A stretch of 64,000 bases of DNA, taken from positions 83,454,001-83,518,000 of the forward strand of contig NC_087436.1 of the NCBI RefSeq assembly GCF_036321535.1, read 5' to 3'. How positions within the stretch are numbered: the first letter of the stretch is position 1; every line of letters begins with the position of its first letter. The position numbers and the translations under genes are program-made. The stretch comes from Camelus dromedarius (lineage: Eukaryota). The notes beneath the pieces were generated by a model. That model was not told the origin of the DNA and did not search any database. It was given only the letters and a program-made list of their open reading frames with translations. Of this stretch, positions 1 to 12,725 are shown in pieces.

Positions 1-78
1 CTCAAGTTTATTACGCTTTACTTTTACTTATCATTGTTATTAAATAACCCTTGACATTTATTTTGTTGGCATGTCCTA

Positions 79-80
<2 letters not shown>

Positions 81-115
<35 letters not shown>

Positions 116-133
116 CTCTCTCCCCCCCCCCCC
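81..133. repeat. Compound microsatellite (AC)16-(TC)n-poly C
   Basis: Directly visible. Confidence 0.95.
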
Positions 134-377
134 AAGAGAGCAAAGGACAAACCGCAGTCCTGAGTGTTCTGTGTGAAGCCAATTAAGACACTGCTTCTAG
201 GGCTCTGAGACTCAGGGCTGCAGAAATGGTTGCTGTGGAAATAAATTTGCCTCCGCATTTCTGGCGGAGCCGGAACCCACCGACTAACATGTCTTCAGAT
301 AGAATCCAGCATAAACAGGGCTCCTCCCCTTCATTTGTTCTTCATTTATTCTAGGAAATATATTGATGATTAGAAAC

Positions 378-453
378 TACAAAAGAAAACACGACATTCC
401 ATACACTATTTATTTTACTATAACTTGGTGTCTTCTTTTATTCAATCATACAA
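378..453 (-). terminator. Probable main polyadenylation region
   Basis: On the minus strand: UGUA near 450, AATAAA at 442-437 and 414-409, then a GU/U-rich downstream element (gtgtatggaatgtcgtgttttcttttgt). Confidence 0.65.
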
Positions 454-852
454 ATTTGAGTGGGGGGGTTTCCTGAATAAATCTTTTACTTAATTTACCT
501 TTGGCAGAGACAATAGATTTCAAAACATTTAGTAGCTTCTCATTTATATAGATTTTCCTCTTTTCAAGTTCTGTAGCATATCAGTATTTTCAAAACAATA
601 CTCAAACAGATGTGCTTTGAAAGTCAACTGGTAATGATTTGATTTATATTATAGCTTATTTAAGAGAATAACTACTCAGAAAGGACAAACTAGACATGTA
701 TTTGTTTTAAAAAATACAATTTTTGGTCATGTGAATGATTCATGTTCCGATTTCAAAAATAGAAAACGTCCTAAAGTGCATCATTTTATTTATAATATAA
801 CTCCTTGAAATTATAGCAATCTGCAATGTAAACAGCAGAGCCAAGAATACCA

Positions 853-912
<60 letters not shown>

Positions 913-2643
913 GGATTACGTACCATCTTTAGATGTGTAGATTAAGCCAGGGCACTTCCAACACATAGCTCATGCTTTTATATAATTTTCTTTAAGAGCA
1001 AACTTAAAGGTATTCTTTTCCCCCTACTCCTGATGGAAAGGATTTTCATCTGATAGACAGCTGCTACCTCATTTCAACTATGGAAAATGCTGCTATGAAT
1101 CCAATCTGACCGGACGGTTTCTCAAGAACCCACTTCGGAAACTGGTAACTGGTCAGAAAGAGTTTTCTCATTATTATTATTAAACAAAACAAAATGGTAC
1201 CCCTTTGTCGTCCTGTTCATTCTGCACCATTATCTGCCAAAGGCAGAGCCCACCAAAACACTTTCTCTGGGCAGCCTGAGGCTGGTGTGCAGAACCCTGT
1301 GCTCAACCTCACAAAGCACAAAGGGGCTGGGCTGGACAGGCAGAGCCAGAACCCACTTTCCTCAGTGTAGACACAGAAGGTCAGAAGGTAACAACAAGTC
1401 AAAAGATGGCGTCAGCACACTGAAGAGATGAATGATTTGGTGTCTTCAACTCCCTGGTCCCTCCAAAATGTCTAATGTAGACAGCTTTGTGACACAGTCC
1501 TTGAAGAAAGTATAATCATAACTGGCTACACATTATTTTTTCTCTTTACATGTGATCTTGAAAATAGTGTGATTTAGATTCTGCCTTAGGCTGAGCTCTG
1601 AGGGCTACACTTACCCCTCAGTTAGAAGATTTTTAGTGCAGGTTTACTTTAAAAGAAAAAAATTAAACGCTGGTTAAGTACTCAGGAGGCTGAGAATACA
1701 AGCTCTTTCTCTCTCATGATCCTCTACCCTTGAGCTAAGAATGAAGCAAGACCCTTCTGTTTGGCTAAAGCCAAAACGAAACCAAACCCCAAACAGGCTT
1801 CCATGGCATGATGGCCTTGCTTAGCATTTGATGTTAAGATTTGAGGCTGACAAATGCAGTCAGCGTTTGGGAGAGAATTCCCCAGCTCTTCACTCCTGCC
1901 TAACTGAACAATCCGCATGGACATAGCTACTGCTATATCCCCCCACCCCCCGTCCTCTGCAGGTGGTCCAGCCCCACCCAGTCAGGGAACACAGGTCTCT
2001 GTTGCTGAGGACGTCGTGAAGAAACAAGGTCAGACAGAGGACCGCCCTGCCGCAGGGGGCAGACGTGGCTCCCGTCTACCCGAGAGCTGAGCAGGGAGAG
2101 GCGCAGCTCTGGGGAAAGGTCGCGATAATGGCCAAGGCAGCAAACAGGGCTCCAGTGCATCTTCCCACTTTGCTGGGTCCGAAGAGGACACAGAGGTGCC
2201 TAGCCAGCTCGCTCTTCGAAGTCAAGTCCTGAGCTGGTCTTTGTCACAGTTAGACAGAGAATGGTCTGTTTCTCAGTTATCCAGGGAAGGGCAGGGGACA
2301 TTCTCTGCAGATGAGTGTGTCTCAATGTAGTGATTCATCGCTGCAGTGTCAGCGTCTGCGTGTGTCTGTGTGCACCGGGGTGCGTGGTGACTGTGACTTT
2401 CCCTTACAGAAGCCCTGCGTGAGGTGGGCTGCCTCCTTCCATCTAGGTGGCTTCTGAGGCAGCCAATGGAAACTGGAGTTGACCCCAGTGGCCTGGAGGC
2501 AGCAGGGCTACATGCCTTGTAGGTCCAGCTCTGAGGCTGACTTCAGTTTCTGCGGAGCTGCTATTCGCCAAAGGAGGCGGGGTGGGGGGGAAGGCCTCTG
2601 CCCCCTGCACCCCAGCCCCCTCTGCTCGGATGGGGCTGCCTCC
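420..2643 (-). other. FAM13A: FAM13A 3' UTR (distal end approximate)
   Basis: Follows the stop codon, becomes AU-rich distally and ends at a poly(A) signal cluster. Confidence 0.75.
856..909. repeat. (TA)27 microsatellite in the 3' UTR
   Basis: Directly visible perfect repeat. Confidence 0.97.
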
Positions 2644-2802
<159 letters not shown>

Positions 2803-4941
2803 TCATTTGCTGTCTCTCCTAGAGGATACTGTTCATCAGGTGAATTATCATCATGTGGAAATTTGCAGTTTATCACCCTGTAGAATCAGCGTTGCCAGGT
2901 GTCACTTGCTATCAAGACTGGAGCTGGCTTTAGGGTAAGCGGTGAAAGACAGCGTTCCCCAGAAGGCACCATGCAACTGGGCTGTTAGAGTTAACCTGGC
3001 ATCTTGCAGAATGATGTGAAGGACTAAGACATGCAGACACTTTCTCTCCCTGCTGCTGCTATGTATGCATTCACATTCAGGGTCTCCATACACTGCAAGT
3101 CTTTATTTACCCTGAATGCTTACTCACTTTTACATATTTCATCTGATGGACCATTAAATTTCTAATTAGCAACTGGTATAACCATAATTTACAGGGTTTT
3201 TTTCAAAAACAGAGTTAATACTCCTACTTCTTACGAAAATTAGTCTCAGAATTCAGCAACTGGATCACAGAATACTAATGAGCCTGTACAGTTAACTGAG
3301 TAATTTTATATGCATACTTTTCATATGCACAAGTATTAATTGAGAGCTGATTATAGGGCAAGCACTGTGCTAAGTACTTGAGATCTGAGATACAACACTA
3401 CCCTCAGGAGAGCTGGATGAAGCGGTGCCGTTACTCACATTCTCCCCCATCATGCAGTGTGGTCCTGCTTCACATTTTGCTTAGAAATGCACACATCAAA
3501 CATGCAAACACCAGGCTTCCTTTTCTTCTTATTAATAAGCAAACATGGGAAAGGGGATAGCTTGGGGCTTATTTAACTGTGTGCAACGAACTGATTTTAT
3601 CCCTGCTCTGCCTGTTCAAGGAAAGGATCCTGGATGGCTCCTAGCAGAGGGCAGCAAGGAGAAGAGGGCATCTGACCCCAGCCCCGGCCGGGTCCCGTGA
3701 GGGGCTTCACTCGCCTCAGATGCGAAGTGATGGACCTGGATTCTGTGATAGTTGAAGTCCCTCACAGTCCTTAACTTGTATGGTGATTACTGATTTCCAT
3801 CAATTGTATTTTCTTAAAACTTGTGAAGGTTATAGAATTATAGGATATCTGCGCATAATGTGAATATAAACATATGGGGAAAATGAACAGATAAAGCAAA
3901 AATATGCTTGGGAAGAAGACCACAATGAAACACATCAAAACATTAATCCTGGTTTGTCTTTGAGTATTATTAGATTAGTGTTATTTGGGGTATTATTTCC
4001 TTTAACCGTTTATCATATTTCCTAAACATCCTACAATTCACAGAGAAAGAAAAGCAAATACTTAACTATAAAAATTAATAAATCTTGAGAAAATCATAAT
4101 AGGACAGATCCAAATCAGAGATCCTAAAAATAAATGTATACAGTCACTGAAATAAACTGGAATACAGCACATTTTAAAGGCCAAAGTTAATTGTTACGAT
4201 ACTTTTATTCCCCAATACTTTTGAGAAGTATGAAAGAGGACTCAGAGAAACTGTACTTATGTTGTTTAAATAATTTGGATTAAAATAAAATCACTTCGTA
4301 ATGATAAAACTTAATCCAACATAAGAGATAGAAATCTATCTCGTTCTATGCTTGTCTCATGCTGTGATTTAAGACACCCTGTGTGCAGTCACTTGTAAAG
4401 ACGGAAGGCTCTTCCTCAGCATAATGCTACACGATGATGATTACATCACGCCTTAAGACGCATTAGTGAAGGGTACCCTGTCAGTCACAAGCGCTCGCTG
4501 CTTTTGTGTATTGTTCATTTGACTTGACAACTATCATCTTCGCTTTTAAAATGAGCTTAAAAACCAGTAAGATTTAGAGTGCCACTTTCCTTATTTCTCC
4601 TTAAAGTTTATTAAGATGAAAAAACAAAACCAGAAATCAAAACCAGTGCTGTCAGCTAGAAACTTAGCTTTAAGCTGCTCATTTTAGATTAGAATTTGAT
4701 GTGACAGATTAGTTTTACAAACATTAGCTGACTCTGCATCAGTCTTGGATACGCTCCAAGGAGCATTTCTTCTTGAAGGACCACACAAACCTCACCATCT
4801 CACAGGAAACCTCGAAGGGGTCCTGGGCACAGACCCAAGGTTACAGGAAGGAGGCGGGGCAGTTTCCACATGGGAGGCAATGCACAGATCTGACAGAGAA
4901 AAGAGACGGATGGGGTGGGGGAGGAAAACATACGCACTTAC

Positions 4942-5043
4942 CTTCCATTTTGTCTGAAAAAATTGTCTTCAAAGTCACGAAGTTTCTTTCGAATCCTTTT
5001 CTTTTCTTCTCTCATTTCCTGAAGGTGTTCCAAGAGTTCTGGT
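4942..5043 (-). CDS. FAM13A: FAM13A coding exon (102 nt): PELLEHLQEMREEKKRIRKKLRDFEDNFFRQNG
   Basis: Acceptor cccttag and donor gtaagt, phase 2-2. Confidence 0.96.
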
Positions 5044-5645
5044 CTAAGGGGGGCAGAGGAATTTCAAGCAAATTGAGTTAAATCTGAATTGTTATAAATG
5101 TTATGAATGTGCAGCTTGACAGGGTTGTGGAGAAAGCGGAAAGCACATGAATACAGGAACTGTCAGGGAGTTCAGGGTCAGCAGGAAGGGATGTTTCCTA
5201 CCCGCTGGAAGCCAGAGCATGCTGACAATAGACACGGTTTCCGGGGCTCCTGCAAGGCTCCTGTTACTAATGAGTTCTTTGGGCTTGTGAAATCCCATGG
5301 CGCTTTGTCGAATTTTGCTTTGAAGGAAAGAGATGACACCTATCTGTGCTCAGTGTGTGTTAAATGGTGAGCTGTGGAGACCAGAACCACACAATGCCAT
5401 CACAGAGACCTTCTGACTGTTTACGCAAGATCTCAGATGCTCCCTCAAATAACAGGGGATGAAGCTTATAAAAACACTGAGCCAGAAGTTTAAAAACAAA
5501 CACACACTGTTTTATCTGCATGGACGCACCCCAGGTAAGTCACTCATGTTTTGTCAGCCAATTTAGTTAAGTACAAAGGCTAAAATAATATTTTAGAAAG
5601 TTATTTTCACCAAAACATTCCAATACTACCCCCCAAATAACATAC

Positions 5646-5839
5646 ATTGAAGCAGCATGGAGATTTGAAAGCCCGGTGTCCTGGCTGCATTTTGATGGTA
5701 TTTTCTCATCCATTGGGGAAATAAATCCGTCAGCATCATCTTCAAATTGGTCCAGAAAGCAACGGGCACTGAATTCGGTTTTCAGGGTGACTGTGAAGTC
5801 TGGCTTTGTGTTATCATCCTCCGAACCCTCCTCTTCTTC
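5646..5839 (-). CDS. FAM13A: FAM13A coding exon (194 nt): EEEEGSEDDNTKPDF...QDTGLSNLHAAS
   Basis: Within ORF 5567-5860. Acceptor ctccag, donor gtatgt. Confidence 0.96.
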
Positions 5840-7360
5840 CTGGAGATACAGAGCAACCACAATAAAAATCTGGTTACTTTTTCTGGCCCTCTTGCATTAC
5901 GAGAATCACTTAACGGTCATTTAATTACCCAGACACCATATAGTTTCTTCTTTAAATCTATGTTTAGCAACACATGTGCACATGATGTATATGTTACTGA
6001 ATATCTGTATGTTCACAGTAAATAAGACAAACACTGAACACAGCTACTCAACAGGGAAAAAAATTATAAAAAAATTTCATATACAGCACAATTAACAGCT
6101 GTCAAGGCCGAGGGCAGATCTTCAATCTCCTTGCTTGGTCTATGGAAGCAAATGCTTCATTATTAATTTTTTAAAAATTAAACTCCCTTTAAAATTTACA
6201 GAGTAAAAGTGGCTTTTCAGTTAATAGTTTAAAGTTTCTCTTTTGTGTCAGAGGAAGTAGCAAGTCCCATCCATGCAGTTTTTATAAGAAGTGAGATAAC
6301 GCATGTCAAGTACCTGATCAGGTACCCCTGGGGCACAGGCAGCTCAGCTCAGCCGCTCAGCCTTGCCCCAATCCCCTCCCTTCCCTCCCCCACAAGGAGG
6401 AAGAGCAGGTGGAATCACCTGCTGTGAACTCCATGGAGGGAGAGATTGGGCCTCTCTGTTCACTGCTGCCCCCACAGATCAGCCCATGTCTGCCTACATT
6501 TGGTGCTCAATAAATGTCTTGTTAGTCAAGTAATTCAGTTTTAAAAGAGAAATCCAAATTACTATTAAGAGCATATTAAAGCCCGAGACAGTTAAGAAAT
6601 GAAGCCAGCGGTCTCGGCCTCATCAATTATACCCCGAGCTCCTGATAGAACTTAAAAATGTGAGATCGTGTCTTGTAGATATTGATAACTCAGTGTTTTT
6701 TTTACAATGAAGCTAAGCAAAACTGTTCTCAGTAAGCTGTGAAAATCACAGGAAAAAGAAACAGCACAGCAGATCTTCAGATTATAAGACCATCAGGTTG
6801 CTGTGGATACTGAGTAGATTCTAGACGGAATCAATATATAGATAACATAGGAGTAATTAGAAACAATCAGTCAACAGTGACTAGCACTGGCTCCTTGAAA
6901 ACAAATCACAAAAACTAACCATTCTTCCTTTTGTCATAGGAATAGCAAAATATCTGGATTTCAATAAAGAATGAGGTGTGTTGATCTGTGGCAGGAGAGC
7001 TGGCTGTGAAGGCTTAGGCAGGGGGCTGCTGCACTGCTGCTGTGGACGCGGAGGGAGGGCTCTGGCAGGCTCTTTACCTGACCGACATTCACCAACATTC
7101 ACCAGTCACTTGGATAAGGCGCCAGAGGGATATTCACAAAACGTGCAGATAATACAGTGGGTAGGGATATCTGGTGTGTTGGAATACAAAATCTAGATTT
7201 AGTCTATGTCGTAAGGCTGGAATAGAAGTATAAAAAGTTAACCAACCCGAAAAACTCAAGGTCCTATAATTAGATGAGAAAAAGACACATGGACACTAAG
7301 CAGCCCTTGGAAAAGGAAGCTGGGGTTGGTATAAATCAGAAGCGAGGTGAGGCCACAAGA

Positions 7361-7547
7361 CCTGGTTCTCATCTGAGGGCAGGTATGCCTCCAGGGGACG
7401 TCTGGCAATGTCTGGAGGCACTTTTAGTTGTCACACTGGGGCGGGGGTGGTTGGAGTGCACTGCTCGCACCCAGTGGGTGGAGGCCAGCCCCCCACAACA
7501 GAGTTATCTGGCTCCAAATGTCTGCAGACTGAGGTCGAGGCATCCTG
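7361..7547. mobile_element. MER20-like hAT DNA transposon remnant
   Basis: caggggacgtctggcaatgtctggaggcacttttagttgtcac...ccccacaacagagttatctggctccaaatgtc resembles the recalled MER20 consensus. Confidence 0.8.
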
Positions 7548-10218
7548 CCCCAGAAAGACTCAGATGAACTCAAAGTTCACTGACAGTCACGCAGGCATAG
7601 ACTTGTAGAACTGACTCCGGATCAAGGTCAGGACTAGTCCTTGGTCCACTGTCCTTCTGCTTAAATCGTATCTAGAATAATGTTCAGTTCTGGGTGTCAG
7701 TACTTAAGGGGGATACAGAGAGACTGGTGTGAGCGTACAGAGCTGAGCCACTAGTCTGCTGGAAGGTCTGGAGCCCGTATCATGCGAGAAACAGTGAGAA
7801 GAACCTGGAAGAAAAACAGTTCACAGGGGTGGGGAGGCGTAGGCAGAGCCGGTGACTGTAAACAGACGCAGTGCCCTCAGGGAAGCAGCAGGATCCAATT
7901 CCAGGTTGTACCACAGGCAAAACTAAGCCTATTATGTAGGAAGTCATCCAATACAAATAGTAGTAACTCCAAATATTATGATTTAATTCTTTTCATTAAT
8001 TGTAATATTTTATAGTTATTAAACCTATCCATTCTGAAATTACATATTATATAATGACTATATTGTAGTCAATAATTTTTAAAATGATAATCATAAAACT
8101 AATAATTAACTAATAACACTGATGCTAAGCCCACGTAATGAGTGACCTTACTCTCTTCATCACTGCAAACTTTTCAAGCGTGAGGATGGAAGCACTTCTC
8201 AGGGACAATGTCTCTATTCTGCCAGAGAAGTTTCAGAGAGAATTCTTATGCTGCATAGAACTGACTAGCTGATCTGCAGGATTTGGGGGTTGGAGGACCT
8301 AGGGCTTCAGAACTTGAGCTGACTCTCTCCAACAGCTGGGGCCTTCCCACAAGCATTTATAGCCAGGGACGGTTTTCAAAGAAACCATTTAGATGCAATC
8401 TTTTCATCTGCACACACACACACACACCAAATTCTAAATTGTATCACAATTGCTGAGAAGTAATACAATCCAATTACATGCTGATAAGCTTGGCCAACTG
8501 GAACAAAATGAACTAAAAGGCAACACTGTTTACAAAAGCAAAGTAATCATTGTAAAATTATCTGAAATTTTGACCACCATGAGGACCAGGAGAAGAACCA
8601 TGGCCAAAATACACTTGTGAAAAAAATAAACTAAGCTAAAAGATAAGATTGGGAAGAACATCCTCTTTTCAAAAGAGCATCATTCATGTAGCTTCATTTG
8701 TTTCATGAGGCAATTAGTAAGTGTCATATGTGGGATGTGTTCAAGAACACATTTTTATCCAGGAACAGTTTTATCGCATACTTCTAAGAGAAATATGCTA
8801 ATTTTCATTCACACAATTGCCCAAATTTCTTCAATTACAGTGATTTAATTCTGGTGTAAAATTACCAGCAAGACAATATTTGTCTTCTTTTATCAACATC
8901 AAGTCTTATTGCAAAAAAAAATAGCTCTAATTTTTAAGATACAATGTAAGATATTTGCCTAAATTTCACAGTTAGAGCATTTTTTATAAAACAAGTTCTA
9001 GTTAAGTTAATATGAAGAGTGAACACAATCACTGCCTGACACTTGAATGTGAGGTCTATGTAGTTGAGACCCTTGAGAGGTAAGAAAAGGAACAGAGTTA
9101 ACAGAAGAGGGGACCTTGCAGCCTCTGCTTCCTTACCTCAGTTACGAGGAGACTCAGGCAAGAAAATGGAGCAGTTCTCAACTGGTGTCCCCCCGTGCAA
9201 ATGGGGCCCCCATATTTTGAAATAATCATTCCTAACTACACTAAATAAATGCCACCCCAGACTTGGGATTGCCACAGAAATATGACAAGTGAAACTCTTA
9301 AAACTCACTTCTGTTTGGGGTTTTTGTCCCCCTTCCGACTTAACTGCTGGAAAAAACAATCACTGATTTTAAAAAATGATTGACTTTGACGTTTCATCTC
9401 TGGAGCCCTGTGTAAGGCAGTCAGCGTGTTCAGCTGTCTAGAAACAAAAACATGAAAGAGGCTGATCTTAGTCCAGGCCAATTAGGTCTGTACAGAGCCG
9501 TGGACACAGTCTGTCCCCTCTACGCTAGCAAAAGCAGCCACTGAGGACAAGGATTATCTGTATACACTCCAGTATTACCACTGGGGGAAAACCAGAGTGT
9601 GTGTCCCAGTGACTGCTGGTCAGAGCACAGAGGACTAAATGTGCCAGGGGGAAGGCCAGAGGAAGGGAGGGTGGGTGAGACTGAAAATCTGTCAAAGACA
9701 ACTAAGAGATTTGTCTATAAAATAATTTTTTTTTTTACTGTGTGCTATATATATTGCCTTTGTTGATTTTGGTTTTTCTATAAACTCAGCAAATGAGATC
9801 TTTTTAAAAAAAGTTACGCGATGGGCTAATTTAACAAAATTTTAGAGTACAGAAAATCCATTCCCCAAATAGAGGGAAAAAAATACCCAAAACAAAAAAC
9901 ATCGTGAAAACAAAACAAAAATCCCAGCAAGCAAAATAAAAACCAAACAATAACAAACAAAACAAAATGAAAAGCGGGGGAATCAAATGAAACTAAGGAG
10001 ATCAGCTGGTCTATAACGTAAATCAAAGAGGATTGTTTAAAGTTGGTCAGAAGCAGCTACGGATTTTTAGGGAACGCTGCAGGAAGCTGTCAACAAAGGA
10101 CCCGATCACAGCCCCTTTCTATCCACTGGAGAGAGGGAGGCGTGGGGTCGGGGAGGGAGGGCACCGAGGACGGGATGGTCATGGGTGTAGCAGGCGGTAA
10201 GCAGCAGGAGGTCTTCAC

Positions 10219-10302
10219 CTTTATCTCCTTGAAGAAGGAAGCAGTTTCGCCCTCGATAATTGGCTGCAGCAAAGGGCTTCTCCGCTTGCTGGAAGGGGAA
10301 CC
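10219..10302 (-). CDS. FAM13A: FAM13A coding exon (84 nt): [28 protein letters not shown]
   Basis: Acceptor tcgcag and donor gtgaag. Overlaps ORF 10090-10272. Confidence 0.96.
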
Positions 10303-11800
10303 CTGCGACAGGCGTTAAGAGGCAGGTTACATGGCGAACCCTGTTCCCTTCCCCTCTGACTCACCACTATTTATTTCTGCCTTTTAACTCCAGACCCTGA
10401 CCCCTCCCCACCAAGGACTCCCAGGAAATCCAGGAAGAAACAGCCCAAGTTCTTGCCCAAGTTGCTGCTTCACTTCAGAGCCCCTCACCCCCACAACCAC
10501 GGGGGTCACAGGAGAGCAAGGACAGCACAAGAGAGTCAACCAAGCATGCAGAACCACCTGAGGAGAAGCCCCTGCCTCCCCACTTCCCTCCCAATCACAG
10601 TAACTTCAAGAACAACTGTAACAGCACAAGCTCTTGCGATGCAAAGGTCATCGAGGACAGCGAGGCTGTCCATTCACGTATTTAGGGACACCAAGGACTT
10701 CCGACTGGAGAATGAAAATGGTTCCTTAGCTTTAATCCTTTTGTTGGTTAGTTTACTGATTTATTCTGCAGGATATTTCTAGAAAAGTAAACATAAACAC
10801 ACCTGCCTGAGGTCTCTGGACCCTGCCCCGTTCATAGGAACAAATACACTGTTTAAAAGACAGGCAGAGACCACATCTTGGGCCTAGAAATAAACGGGGA
10901 GATTTGAAGCAAGACTCAATCGGAGAGCAGCAGCTAAGGAGAATGCACATGCCAGCACCAACATAAAAGCGAGGCTGTGTCTGCTCATTGCAGAGCCCAA
11001 AAGCCACCAGGGGAAGCCCCGGGGTCCCCCGGGAGGAGAGTGCTGAAATGGAGGCACAGGACGCAGGAGATGGACGGGGTGGGGACACTGCCCTTGTGGC
11101 TGGGCTGGCCAAGCCCAGGCTGAGATTGGGGAGGGGAGCCAGCTGGCCGGGGCCTGGAAGGCCTTCCCAGAGCTCAGGGCCAGTCACTGTTTCCTACTCT
11201 TGACAAAATCCAAATTGAGGGGCCGAAAGCAGCCAAGTCCAAGGATGGCGGCCACTGAGCACGGTTCACAGTTGTCAGCTGCCCCTCCTGTCCTTCCACC
11301 TCACACTTCCTACGTCCTCCAAAAAGAGGGAGGCTCCCTCACTGGAGCTCCTCAGAGGACTTCTCCCTTGGTATGATTCCAGAGGGGCTGACCCTAATCC
11401 TGGAGGTGGAGAGAAGATCATGAACAGAGGACCCTTAAGACCAGAGAGGCACCCTCTAGAGTGGGGGCCCTGGAGACAGCATGGCCCTGTCCCCTCAGTG
11501 CTCTGTCTCTGAGGAAAGGGTTGGGGAGCTGGCCCAGCACATGTCAGATGGGTGTATTCAGTCAAAGCATCTCCCCCAGAGGGAAAAACATTCAGTCAGC
11601 TTCAGATCTGCTCATTTTCGACAAATGTAGCCTCAGAAGTCTTTGATAAATTCTTCATCCCTCAAGCTTAGCGGCCACTGATACTAAGGGCAGGTTCAAC
11701 TATGAAAGACTGTTCTTTCATCAGCAGGGAAGTTAGGGCCCTATTAATACAGCAGGGCCCGCTCAGCCGGGACACTGACTGGAGTGCGGGGCGTACTCAC

Positions 11801-11896
11801 GATGCTGGGGATGGAGCTGGCTCGGGACAGGATCTGTTTGACCAGGCGGTACCTGTCGTACAGTGGCTTCATGACCTGGCGTTCATTCTTGCTCAC
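11801..11896 (-). CDS. FAM13A: FAM13A coding exon (96 nt): [32 protein letters not shown]
   Basis: Within ORF 11744-11977. Acceptor tttcag, donor gtgagt. Confidence 0.97.
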
Positions 11897-12725
11897 CTGA
11901 AATGCAAGAACAGCAGAGCTGAGGAGCTGGCTCCTGGTGGCTAGGAGACTTGCATGCTCGGGGCAGAGAGAAAGCACAGGTGAGTCAGCGGATGTCCCAC
12001 CATTCTTGCAAAATTTATTTCAACTGATAATATTAGTCAGTGGCCATGTAAAATATCTACTTTAGCGGCAGATCATTGGAAGTCACTCCATCAGCCATAC
12101 TGCTTTTCCTCAATCAAAACTATGATCATTATTAGTCATTAGTTCCCTATTTAAAACCCCTGGGGGTTCAGAGTTTCCAGATGATTTACTATTTTCCAGG
12201 TCCAGGGAAGAAGAAGGCATGTATTTCTGTTACGCTGCTTACCAGGCAGTTCTGTAATCATTAAAAAAAAAAAAAAGTCTCTCTTCCCTATGGAATTGTT
12301 GTGTTTTTAAGGACAAATTCTGGCAAACAGTAGGTATTCAAGGAACATATGCTGATAGGATACATGGGCTGATTCATCTCTGTATCCCTAAAATCAGGCA
12401 CAGGGCTCAAAATGTTTGAAGTCCTGACTCCACAGGCAGAGGGGAGAAATCAAGCCCAGCCCCCTGGTGCACCACCTGCCGCTTCTCCTCCTCCCACCGA
12501 CTCCAGCGCCAGAGAGCAACGAGGTTATGTCATACCTCCTCGTCTGTCTCCCTCTGTCCTGGAATGGCCTCCTCTCTGCTCCTTGGTTTGAGAAAGTCCA
12601 GACCAAGAGTCCCCGCCCTCCCCCGTGCAGCCGTCTGCTGACCTCCCCCTCTCTGGAAGACCTGCTCATTCTCTCCTGGTGTCACCTACTGCAACCTGTG
12701 TGCACCTTGTAACTCACCTATGCTC

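Noticed and set aside
1064..1071. CTACCTCA, a let-7 8mer-type site
   Set aside because: It is on the plus strand, antisense to FAM13A mRNA, and no plus-strand transcript can be shown from sequence.
5532..5540. Consensus plus-strand donor CAGGTAAGT (also CAGGTGAGT at 11977-11985), suggesting a spliced antisense RNA
   Set aside because: One or two such 9-mers are plausible by chance in 64 kb, and I could not build a convincing exon chain.
10753..11187. 144-aa minus-strand ORF in a GC-rich intron
   Set aside because: Low-complexity Pro/Leu/Ser composition, no family resemblance, and not needed for the FAM13A frame.
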